A stretch of 64,000 nucleotides of DNA from Candidatus Nanoarchaeia archaeon (GTDB lineage: Archaea > Nanobdellota > Nanobdellia > SCGC-AAA011-G17 > GW2011-AR18): contig DATDWR010000017.1 of the NCBI GenBank assembly GCA_035289605.1, positions 29,981 through 93,980 on the forward strand, read 5' to 3'. Under the pieces are notes generated by a model. The model was not told where the DNA came from, made no database searches, and saw nothing but the letters and a program-made list of their open reading frames with translations. Position numbers and translations under genes: made by a program. Each line of letters begins with the position of its first letter. Positions within the stretch are counted from its first letter, which is position 1. This document shows, piece after piece, positions 38,084-45,971 of this stretch.

Positions 38084-39222
38084 AAAAAATCTTACTTGCA
38101 ATCTTGCTTAGTGCTGTATTATGCAGTTTTCTAGTAGTGCCAGCTACAGAAACAAATGTTGATTTGTATTTTGGAGTTTCCGAAGATGCTGAAGATGGTT
38201 CTTCTGGGGGCGGAGGTGCTGCTGGAGGAGGCGGAGGTGGCGGAGGAGGAGCTAAAGTAAAAGCATTACACATACGCCAAGTACTAAAAGTTGCTCCTGA
38301 AATTCTCAAAATAAAACTAAAGCAATACGAATCCTTTGTATCATCATTCAAAGTGTACAATAACTACAGCAAGCCTGTTGAAGTGAATATAGACTTTGAC
38401 CAGTTAAAAGATAAAATACAAATTTCCAACTATTTAGATACAATACTTATAGACCCTAATAAAGAGCAAGATGTAAAATTTAACATAACAGCAGTCAAAG
38501 AAACCAAACCAGGAATTTACACTGGAAAAATCAAAATTGGTTCTGGAGAGCTAGAAAAAGAAGTAAGCATAATTATAGAGGTTGAATCCAGGAAGGTATT
38601 ATTTGATGTTTCGCTATCTGTTCCATCAAGATCTAAAACAATTTATCCTGGAGGCGAGCTTGTCATAAGCCCTACAATATTCAACCTTGCAGACGTGCCA
38701 AAAACAGAATTACTGGTTACTTATTTAATAAAGGACTTTGACGGAAACACCGTACAGGAAACACAAGAAAAACTCATGATGGAAACACAAGTCAGCTTTA
38801 CAAAAACACTGCAACTTCCTGAAGACATAAAAACAGGAAAATATGTTGTAAGCGTGTATGTAAAATATAAAGACTCTTTCGGAATATCAAGCGAGACATT
38901 TGATGTAATAGAAGAAGAAAAGCCCAGCATAATAAATTATTTACAAGATAAACCGGTATTTATACTTTCACTGCTTGCTACTGTAATAATTGTGCTAGCA
39001 GCATTTGCATTCATTAGCCATACAATATTAAAATATAAGAAAGTGCCTGTAAAGAATGTAATAAAAATTTACAAAAATCGAAATACAACTAATAATTCAG
39101 ATTCTAAAGAAAAAATAAGAAGACAACTAGACAGCCTTAACAGGAGCTACCAAGAGGGATATATAACAAAAAAGACATATGAAGAAACCAAACAGAAACT
39201 GGAGAAATCAAGAAAAAGTTAG
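38080..39222 (+). CDS. Membrane-anchored surface protein C: signal peptide, poly-Gly linker, two Ig/CARDB-like modules, TM, cytoplasmic SHOCT-like tail
   Basis: 'MKKILLAILLSAVLCSFLVVPA', 'GSSGGGGAAGGGGGGGGGA', beta-rich modules ('FKVYNNYSKPVEVNIDF', 'GKYVVSVYVKYKD'), TM 'VFILSLLATVIIVLAAFAFI', and tail 'QEGYITKKTYEETKQKLEK'. Confidence 0.6.
   Translation: MKKILLAILLSAVLCSFLVVPATETNVDLYFGVSEDAEDGSSGGGGAAGGGGGGGGGAKVKALHIRQVLKVAPEILKIKLKQYESFVSSFKVYNNYSKPVEVNIDFDQLKDKIQISNYLDTILIDPNKEQDVKFNITAVKETKPGIYTGKIKIGSGELEKEVSIIIEVESRKVLFDVSLSVPSRSKTIYPGGELVISPTIFNLADVPKTELLVTYLIKDFDGNTVQETQEKLMMETQVSFTKTLQLPEDIKTGKYVVSVYVKYKDSFGISSETFDVIEEEKPSIINYLQDKPVFILSLLATVIIVLAAFAFISHTILKYKKVPVKNVIKIYKNRNTTNNSDSKEKIRRQLDSLNRSYQEGYITKKTYEETKQKLEKSRKS
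38197..38253 (+). repeat. GGN-codon low-complexity tract (poly-Gly/Ala/Ser linker)
   Basis: Directly visible 'ggttcttctgggggcggaggtgctgctggaggaggcggaggtggcggaggaggagct'. It creates a poly-Pro shadow ORF on the minus strand. Confidence 0.85.
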
Positions 39223-39326
39223 AGAATTAGCATTTTACAGAAATGAAATATTTTAAACAAAGCAGTGAATCATCCTTAAATGAATAAATCAAAATATTTA
39301 TAAATTATAAATCTTTCATACATAAT

Positions 39327-39713
39327 ATGGCTGATAGTGATATAGTAGAGATTAATGAAATATTCGACAGTAAAGAGGAAAGGGAAAAAAAGAAACAAAA
39401 TACTAACCTGAAGCCAGAAAGAAACAAGAATAAAAATGATATTGCATTAAAAGCTGCATTAACAGAACTTAGCCATGAAATAAATGAACTAAGCAAAGAA
39501 AGAAGAAGATTAGAAAAGGGACTTTCTCAAGACAGAAAAAAAACAGAAGTTAGAAAATTACAGGAAACTCAGTTAAGAGATAAGATCTCTAAATTAGCAT
39601 CTATGGAAAACCAACTATTTGATGACATTGTCAATAAAGAGCATAAGCTTTCAGACATTAAAGAAAAACTAACAAAGATAAGGGCTGCAAGAACAGAACT
39701 TACAGGAATATAA
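39327..39713 (+). CDS. Charged coiled-coil protein
   Basis: 128 aa, Lys/Glu-rich and heptad-like. TATA 'ATTTATAAAT' lies about 30 nt upstream. Confidence 0.45.
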   Translation: MADSDIVEINEIFDSKEEREKKKQNTNLKPERNKNKNDIALKAALTELSHEINELSKERRRLEKGLSQDRKKTEVRKLQETQLRDKISKLASMENQLFDDIVNKEHKLSDIKEKLTKIRAARTELTGI

Positions 39714-39726
39714 TTAGAATGCATTT

Positions 39727-40167
39727 ATGAGAGACGACCAATTTCTAAATGAAAAACTAGAAAGCATATGGAACTTCTTATTTTACGACATTGAAAAAAA
39801 GAACAATGTTTTAATAAAATTCAAAGGGAAATGGAAGAACAAATTTGGGCATATAAGAAGACTAAAAAATGGAGACAGCGAGATAGTTATAAACGGCTAT
39901 TTCAAGAACGAGAAAATCCCGGAGTATGTGATAGACACAACAATAGCACATGAATTAGTGCATTATATACACGGCTTTAACAGCCCAATGCCTAAGATGT
40001 ACAGGCATCCCCATAAAGGAGGCGTAGTAAACAAAGAACTGAAAAAAAGAGGATTTGGAAACATGCTCAAACTTGAAAAGAAATGGATAAGAAATGAGTG
40101 GAAAAACATAGCTAGAGAGGAATTTAGAAATCCTGAGAAGAGGAAAAGTTTCTTTAGATGGTTTTAA
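39727..40167 (+). CDS. SprT-like zinc metalloprotease
   Basis: 'IKFKGKWKNKFGHIRRLKNGDSEIVINGYF' followed by 'TIAHELVHYIHG' (HExxH), as in SprT/WLM-like domains. Confidence 0.6.
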   Translation: MRDDQFLNEKLESIWNFLFYDIEKKNNVLIKFKGKWKNKFGHIRRLKNGDSEIVINGYFKNEKIPEYVIDTTIAHELVHYIHGFNSPMPKMYRHPHKGGVVNKELKKRGFGNMLKLEKKWIRNEWKNIAREEFRNPEKRKSFFRWF

Positions 40168-40502
40168 GCTGCTTTATTATTCAGAAAAAATGGTTCAAAA
40201 TAATCTATAACTGCTCTTTCCATTGCTTTAACATAAGGCAGGGCGCTCCATAAAGGACTTCTAGGATAATTCTCTCTAAAAGTTCTTGCACCAAAATTAA
40301 AAACTATCCCATTAGGAGCTACAGCTTCTGTTTCAACAACAGCCAGTTCATGGAATCTTTTTTCTCTTAAAACAATTTTAGCGTGAACATAACCTATTGT
40401 AGCTTCTTCTTCTAGTGTAGCACAATGATCTCTAGAATCAGTATGTTTTTCAACCCATCTAGTATCTAGTCCTTCTCTATCTTGCTGCGAACTTTCTGTC
40501 AT
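40164..40502 (-). CDS. Hypothetical protein
   Basis: 112-aa ORF, compositionally distinct (Glu/Arg/Ala/Val-rich). 4-nt convergent overlap with the SprT-like gene. Confidence 0.35.
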   Translation of the reverse strand: MTESSQQDREGLDTRWVEKHTDSRDHCATLEEEATIGYVHAKIVLREKRFHELAVVETEAVAPNGIVFNFGARTFRENYPRSPLWSALPYVKAMERAVIDYFEPFFLNNKAA

Positions 40503-40640
40503 GTCTAAACTACCTCTTTTTAACCTTATTTTAGAGCATATCTTATTTATATTCTTTATTAATTAGTTAAATATATATTTATATATATACACACAATGAG
40601 AAGAAAAAATTTATATATATCTATATATATCAATTGTTTT

Positions 40641-40796
40641 ATGAGAAAGGTATTAATTGAGAAAGGGCAAATGCATATTATTGATGATCTGGAACATGTC
40701 TATGAAAAAACAATAACTAAATTTGGAACAGGAGCAAAAATTGATGCACCAAAAGAATATATAGGGAAGAAGGTATACGTACTAATACGCAAGTAA
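40641..40796 (+). CDS. DUF2080-like small protein (AbrB/SpoVT-like fold)
   Basis: From the internal ATG: 'KTITKFGTGAKIDAPKEYIGKKVYVLI' resembles the archaeal DUF2080 pattern (...fGnSakv.vPke.iGkkV.V). Confidence 0.4.
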   Translation: MRKVLIEKGQMHIIDDLEHVYEKTITKFGTGAKIDAPKEYIGKKVYVLIRK

Positions 40797-40797
40797 A

Positions 40798-41079
40798 TTA
40801 CTTGTTAGAGTATTCATCTGCTATCTCCCCACCCTTAATAATACGGCAAATATCTTCACCCTTCTTAGTTAAGCGGTAAAGCTTGCCTGTTTTAGTTTTA
40901 GGATTCAAACAATCTACAATCCCCATTAACATAAATTCCTTAAGAGCACGAGAAATATGACTTGGTGGGAGATTAGTCGCTTTTGCAATCTCACTAGGAC
41001 TCATTGTTTTATACATCACCATCAAAATCTGCTCCCTTTTTTTGCCCCTTTTAACAAAAGAAACTAATTCAACATCCAT
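40798..41079 (-). CDS. Winged-helix (ArsR/MarR-like) transcriptional regulator
   Basis: 'MSPSEIAKATNLPPSHISRALKEFMLMGIVDCLNP' is an HTH plus wing. Confidence 0.7.
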   Translation of the reverse strand: MDVELVSFVKRGKKREQILMVMYKTMSPSEIAKATNLPPSHISRALKEFMLMGIVDCLNPKTKTGKLYRLTKKGEDICRIIKGGEIADEYSNK

Positions 41080-41182
41080 AAAGAATTTAATATTCCTTGA
41101 ATATATAAAGTTAACTTAATGAGATAAATATAAATAAAAAATAAGTTAACAATCAATTAACAATAAGTATATAATAAATATC

Positions 41183-41473
41183 CTATTTATTCTTAAATGG
41201 AAATCTAGAAAATTTTTTACACCTGAGACAATAGTAAACCAAAACCTTATTTCTAGTTCTTACCCTGTAATTGCCGTGCATGAAATAATTGTAGCAGTGC
41301 TTACAGAACTTACGCTTAAAATCTCTAGGCAAAGGCAAATTAACCTTCATAACAAGCCTTCTTGCCTTTCTTACAAAATCATTTGCATGCTCATGATCTG
41401 CCCTGGCTTTAGCAAATAAATCATAAATTGCTGAGAGTGCTTCTTCTCTTAATTTGTGCTTATTTTTTCTCAT
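41183..41473 (-). CDS. rnp4: RNase P protein component 4 (Rpp21/Rpr2 family)
   Basis: 'ARRLVMKVNLPLPRDFKRKFCKHCYNYF...YYCLRCKKF' is the Rpr2 helical N-terminus plus 4-Cys zinc ribbon. Confidence 0.85.
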   Translation of the reverse strand: MRKNKHKLREEALSAIYDLFAKARADHEHANDFVRKARRLVMKVNLPLPRDFKRKFCKHCYNYFMHGNYRVRTRNKVLVYYCLRCKKFSRFPFKNK

Positions 41474-41522
41474 ATAATTAAATTATTTCAATGATATATC
41501 AATTTTATGTTTAGAAAATATA

Positions 41523-41656
41523 GGTGGGCAGCTAACCATACTTCCCGTACTAAGTACAGTACAATATGGAACGTCGGCTTTCTTAACTTCCGAGTTCGAA
41601 CTTCTCTGATTTTTATCAAATGAGATCGGGTGGAACAAAGCCACTATGACCGCCCA
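41523..41656 (-). rRNA. 5S rRNA (archaeal type) with a ~18-nt internal insertion
   Basis: The minus strand reads GGGCGGTCATAGTGGCTTTGTTCCACCCGATCTCATT[TGATAAAAATCAGAGAAGT]TCGAACTCGGAAGTTAAGAAAGCC...GTACTG...AGTACGGGAAGTATGG..GCTGCCCACC. The helix I ends pair, and the loop C / loop E-like conserved blocks are present. Confidence 0.85.
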
Positions 41657-41675
41657 AATAATGGATATAACGACT

Positions 41676-41685
41676 ATTTATAAAT
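41676..41685 (-). promoter_or_regulatory. TATA box for the 5S rRNA gene
   Basis: The minus strand reads 'AAATTTATAAATA', centred about 24 nt upstream of the predicted 5S 5' end. Confidence 0.45.
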
Positions 41686-41898
41686 TTATTGACCCTATTT
41701 TTTAATAAATTCAACACATCCTTCTTTTCTCAAAAGTTTCACATAAGTTAATTTATTCATATATTTTTTTATTTTTATATTTATAAACTTCGCGACCGTT
41801 CCTGTCGTGTCCAGTGGCCAAAATACATTATAATGCATTTATAGAAGGTCTATTAATTACTTAAAAAGTTTTATAAATAACTTAAAATTTTGATTTGT

Positions 41899-42570
41899 AT
41901 GAACTTGAAAATAAAAGAAAAAAAGTGGCACAATGAAGAAATATACAGCCTAAAATTTGAAAAACCACCAAATTTCAACTTCAAGCCAGGACAATTCATG
42001 ACAATAAGCATTGAAGTAGACGGCAAAATAGAAAAAAGAGCTTACTCGTTCAGCTCAAGTCCAACAGAAGATTTTCTCATGTTCACAATAAAAAAAGAAA
42101 AAAAAGTAAGCAAAAAACTAAGCGAACTAGAAGAAGGAGACAAACTTGAAGCAAAAGGACCTTTCGGAATATTCACCTTGGATGAAAGCCCAAACAATAT
42201 AAACTTCATAGCAGGAGGAACTGGAATTACACCATTCAGATGCATGGCAAAATACATAGTGGACAAACATCTTAGTAAAAAAGCCAGATTATTTTATAGC
42301 GCGAGAACAGAAAATGATTTAATATTCAAAGATGAATTTTATACACTAAGCAACAACGGAAATTTCAAATTCTTCCCAACAGCAACAAGGGATGAAAATT
42401 TCAAAGGCCGCAAGGGAAGAATTGATGAGCAATTCTTAAAGGAAAACATAGTATCATTTAGTGATGGAATTTTCTATGTATGCGGGCCGCAGCAGTTTGT
42501 AGATGCAATAGTTGAAATACTGAAAAAACTTGGTGCAAACAAGAACATAAAAGTAGACAAGTGGGGATAA
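41899..42570 (+). CDS. Ferredoxin-NADP reductase-like FAD/NAD(P)-binding oxidoreductase
   Basis: 'RAYSFSS' (RxYS FAD motif), 'GGTGITP' (NAD(P) motif) and 'FYVCGP'. TATA 'TTTATAAATA' lies about 25 nt upstream of the ATG. Confidence 0.75.
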   Translation: MNLKIKEKKWHNEEIYSLKFEKPPNFNFKPGQFMTISIEVDGKIEKRAYSFSSSPTEDFLMFTIKKEKKVSKKLSELEEGDKLEAKGPFGIFTLDESPNNINFIAGGTGITPFRCMAKYIVDKHLSKKARLFYSARTENDLIFKDEFYTLSNNGNFKFFPTATRDENFKGRKGRIDEQFLKENIVSFSDGIFYVCGPQQFVDAIVEILKKLGANKNIKVDKWG

Positions 42571-42576
42571 CCTAAA

Positions 42577-43023
42577 ATGGGATCAAATAAATTAACAGAA
42601 TTTTTACTAAAGAGAATAAATTTTTTAATAAAAATAGCCATACCTCCAATTATTATTCTTATCATTCATTTCATACTAAGCCTAAACTATATATATTTTT
42701 ATATAAACTGGATAGACATGCCCATGCATTTTTTTGGAGGCGTAAGCATAGGAATAACATATACTTTATTATTAATGAGAATGAAAAAAGACCAATATAT
42801 AGGAGACGTAGACAAAATAATGATGTTTATATTTATTATATCAATGACAGGACTGACTACAATACTGTGGGAATTTTTCGAATTTGGATCTGATCAGCTA
42901 TTTGGAACTACTATGCAGCCAAGCCTAGCTGATACAATAACGGACATATTCTTAGGATTAATGGGCGGGACATTAAGTTCTTTAACCTATATGAATCATA
43001 AATCTTTAAGCAATTCTTTGTAG
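42577..43023 (+). CDS. Small integral membrane protein
   Basis: 148 aa with about 4 TM helices. Confidence 0.45.
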   Translation: MGSNKLTEFLLKRINFLIKIAIPPIIILIIHFILSLNYIYFYINWIDMPMHFFGGVSIGITYTLLLMRMKKDQYIGDVDKIMMFIFIISMTGLTTILWEFFEFGSDQLFGTTMQPSLADTITDIFLGLMGGTLSSLTYMNHKSLSNSL

Positions 43024-43220
43024 CCTTTTAGGTTTTTTATATTATACAACTCAACAATCTTCCTCTGACCCTCTTTGGTTTTCGATAGATTATTTAAAAA
43101 ATTAGAAAATTTTTCATACTGGGCATTGATAAATCTGCTTTGATGCAATTTCCACTCTGGATTAGATTTAACAAACTCTGCCCAACGTTCTATAAATTCA
43201 TCATGCGTCTTATCCCTCAA
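42996..43220 (-). CDS. Hypothetical small protein (TTG start)
   Basis: 74 aa. The TTG start overlaps the stop of the upstream NTase-like gene (TTGA). Confidence 0.25.
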   Translation of the reverse strand: MRDKTHDEFIERWAEFVKSNPEWKLHQSRFINAQYEKFSNFLNNLSKTKEGQRKIVELYNIKNLKGYKELLKDL

Positions 43221-43777
43221 TTTAACCTCAACTCCCTTATTTTTTTCTTAATTTTATTAATCTCGTCTTCATTCACAATATTAGAGTAAACCTTTCTTAA
43301 ATGCTTTGCGTCTTCCATATCTTTATCAGATTTTAGATATTCTTCTTTGAAAGCAATATTCATATTAATTGAACTGAAATAAATATCCAAACCTGTTAAA
43401 GTCAATTTCATCCTGGTCTTCAATTGATAATTATCTAGTTCATCCTGAGCAAACTTAATCTCCATTTCAGGCAAAGGAAGATTCTCGTAAGTATACCTGA
43501 CACTCAAATTTGAGCTTAAATAAGAATAAATTTCTTCATAAGAATCTGACTGCATGCAGACAAAATTATTTTTCATCAAATTATTATGAAGCAACCTGAA
43601 ATTCTCTTTTGTTAATGGTTTTATTATCATATCAATATCTTCAGTGCCTCTCACTCTTCCGGAAGAAATTGCAACAAAGCCAGAAACAATTATATAATCT
43701 GCATATTTCTCAACTATATTACAAAATTTAATAGCAAACTCATCTAGAATGTTCCTATTACTAATACTTCGATTCAT
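43217..43777 (-). CDS. Nucleotidyltransferase-fold protein (minimal NTase / AbiEii-like motif)
   Basis: 'IVSGFVAISSGRVRGTEDIDMII' fits hG[GS]-x9-13-D-h-[DE]-h. Confidence 0.45.
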   Translation of the reverse strand: MNRSISNRNILDEFAIKFCNIVEKYADYIIVSGFVAISSGRVRGTEDIDMIIKPLTKENFRLLHNNLMKNNFVCMQSDSYEEIYSYLSSNLSVRYTYENLPLPEMEIKFAQDELDNYQLKTRMKLTLTGLDIYFSSINMNIAFKEEYLKSDKDMEDAKHLRKVYSNIVNEDEINKIKKKIRELRLN

Positions 43778-43813
43778 ATAATATGAAAGTTAATAGAATT
43801 TATATCTTTTTGG

Positions 43814-44134
43814 CTAATAATCTAAAACACTTTTATCTATATTCTTAGACCATTCATCAATTCCGCCTTTCAGGTTTTTTAGATTTTTAAAATCTTTAGT
43901 TTGCAAAAACTCTACAGCTCTCTTACTCCTATTACCATGATGACAATGAACAACTATCTCTTTTTTATTATCTAATTCTTTAAATCTCAATAAAAGTTCA
44001 GGAAGAGGAATTAAAATAGAACCATTAATCTTGCAATAATCATATTCATCCTGGTTTCTAACATCTAACAAAATAAAATTTTCTTTGCTATCAAATATTT
44101 TCTTCAATTCAAAAACATCTATCTCTTCCATCAT
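43814..44134 (-). CDS. Rhodanese-domain sulfurtransferase
   Basis: 'ILLDVRNQDEY' and the active-site loop 'VHCHHGNRSKRA' (C-x4-R). Confidence 0.85.
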   Translation of the reverse strand: MMEEIDVFELKKIFDSKENFILLDVRNQDEYDYCKINGSILIPLPELLLRFKELDNKKEIVVHCHHGNRSKRAVEFLQTKDFKNLKNLKGGIDEWSKNIDKSVLDY

Positions 44135-44203
44135 ATTTTTGAATAAATTCAGAAGATAAAAACTTATCTAGAACTCACACAAGACGTACACAAAGAAAAA
44201 GAA

Positions 44204-44653
44204 TTAATCAGAAATAACCTTCCTAACACTCCCCTTTTTCAAGCCAAGCTCTTCATCTATATCTTCAGCCATACTTTTGATATCTTCTAAAGCCCTCAGC
44301 ATATCTTTTTTTATCTCATCAACAAGATCTTCAAGATTATCTGACCTTAACAAGTATTTAGTGTTATGAGGAATCACCAATCCAGATTCTATAAGCCTAT
44401 TCAAATGATGTATGACAGTGGCTCTTGAAATGTTAGATCTTAAAGCTATCTCATCACTTGTCAAGCCTTCCCTTCTAGCTCTTGAAGCCTTAATCAAGGC
44501 AATAAAGACCCTAAAACAAGATTTTTCCTTATCCCTTTCATTGAACAAACCTAAAGAATTAGAAAACCACTGAAGGTCTGAATTCAAGTTCTTTTCTGAA
44601 GATTTCCTCAGCTTAATTATTGTTATTTTTTGAAATTCTTTTATCATGGTCAT
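44204..44653 (-). CDS. Winged-helix transcriptional regulator
   Basis: 'LTSDEIALRSNISRATVIHHLNRLIESGLV'. Confidence 0.6.
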   Translation of the reverse strand: MTMIKEFQKITIIKLRKSSEKNLNSDLQWFSNSLGLFNERDKEKSCFRVFIALIKASRARREGLTSDEIALRSNISRATVIHHLNRLIESGLVIPHNTKYLLRSDNLEDLVDEIKKDMLRALEDIKSMAEDIDEELGLKKGSVRKVISD

Positions 44654-44999
44654 TAAGGCTTAATTTACTGTTTTATTACTGTTGTAGATTTAAAGTGAAC
44701 TAAATATATAAAGATTGTTTTTAATATAGTAAACCATGTAAGTTTTTGGGTATTGTTTGGTTTACTAACAGTCAACCAACAAAATAATTAGATGTTTTAA
44801 TGTTTGTTGTCGACTATAATTCTATTTAGATTATTAAGTCTAAGAAAGTTTTGCAGAAATTCTGAAAATTTTACCAAAATAATTACTAAACACTTATTAA
44901 AAATAATATCTAATAATTAAAATGCCAAATATTCAATTCAAAAATCCTTCTAAAAGTACTAAGGCAAAGCTTTTATATCTGTTTATACTATGTTTATAC

Positions 45000-45215
45000 A
45001 TGGAAATAGATACTAAGATAAGAAAATGGGGAAACTCTTATGGAGTGCTGATACCCAAAAGTGTGCTAGAAGAAGAACACCTAACAGAAAATGACAGTAT
45101 AAAAATAAACATAATCGGGAAGAAAAAAGACTTAGAAAAATTATTCGGACTATGCAAATTCAAAAAGCCTACAAATGAAATAATCAAAGAGATAAAAGAA
45201 GGATACGATGACTAA
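45000..45215 (+). CDS. vapB: AbrB/SpoVT-family antitoxin (VapB-like)
   Basis: From the internal ATG: 'IRKWGNSYGVLIPKSVL'. 8-nt overlap with the downstream PIN gene. Confidence 0.75.
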   Translation: MEIDTKIRKWGNSYGVLIPKSVLEEEHLTENDSIKINIIGKKKDLEKLFGLCKFKKPTNEIIKEIKEGYDD

Positions 45216-45579
45216 ATTCTTTTATGACAGCTATGCAATTATAGAATTCGTCAATGGCAATGAAAAATTTAGAAAATATTTTTTAGAAAATGATGGAATA
45301 ACTACATTGTATAATGCAATGGAAGTATACTATTCAGTCTTGAAGGAAAAAGGAGAAGCAAAAGCCAATGAAACATTAAAATTGCTAGCTCCAATAGTCT
45401 TTTATCCTACTTTAGAATATGTAGAAGACTCAATGAAATTTAGGCTAAAACATAAAGAAAAAAAGCTGTCGTATGCAGATTGTTTAGGATATGCAATTGC
45501 TCTTAAACTAAAGATCAAATTTCTTACTGGAGACGAAGACTTTAGAAATGTTAATAATGTAGAATTTTTGAAAGCTTGA
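45208..45579 (+). CDS. vapC: PIN-domain toxin (VapC-like)
   Basis: 'FFYDSYAIIEF' (N-terminal acidic residue), 'LSYADCLGYAIA' and 'FLTGDEDF'. Confidence 0.75.
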   Translation: MTKFFYDSYAIIEFVNGNEKFRKYFLENDGITTLYNAMEVYYSVLKEKGEAKANETLKLLAPIVFYPTLEYVEDSMKFRLKHKEKKLSYADCLGYAIALKLKIKFLTGDEDFRNVNNVEFLKA

Positions 45580-45596
45580 ACTATATTCAAGGTGAT

Positions 45597-45971
45597 TTAA
45601 GGTTCTATTCTCTTTATTTCCAGACCATCAAAGTCTTTGTCATAAGAAACAAATTCAGAACAGTTGTTAATTAATGCAGTTGTGTAATGAATTAAGTCAA
45701 ATATATCTAGATGAGTCTTATCCATTCTTTTAAAACTTTCAAATAACAAATTTCTATCTAAATCTACAATAATACAATTAGTTTTGAATAAGGATTTAAT
45801 ACAATTCGTGGCATAAATTTTATCTTTCTTAATTAGATAAATTATACTAAAAGCTTCTATCAAACATAAAGTATTTGTAACACATTCAGAAAAGAGAATT
45901 TTTCTACAATTTTCTTGATTTGGATTTTCTGTAAAAGCCTGCGTTAACACATTCGCATCTACAAAGTACAT
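45597..45971 (-). CDS. vapC: PIN-domain toxin (VapC-like)
   Basis: 'MYFVDANVL', 'LIEAF', 'DLIHYTTA' and 'FVSYDKDF'. 1-nt overlap with the upstream antitoxin gene. Confidence 0.75.
   Translation of the reverse strand: MYFVDANVLTQAFTENPNQENCRKILFSECVTNTLCLIEAFSIIYLIKKDKIYATNCIKSLFKTNCIIVDLDRNLLFESFKRMDKTHLDIFDLIHYTTALINNCSEFVSYDKDFDGLEIKRIEP

Noticed and set aside
38064-38360. Minus-strand ORF encoding a poly-proline run (PPPPPPPPPAAPPPPEEP)
   Set aside because: It is the reverse complement of the GGN poly-Gly linker in surface protein C. The plus-strand gene has a signal peptide, domains and operon context.
40540-40640. (TA)n-rich, extremely AT-rich spacer considered as a replication-origin unwinding element
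   Set aside because: There are no ORB-like repeated boxes and no orc1/cdc6 nearby. It is more simply a divergent promoter region with simple TA repeats.
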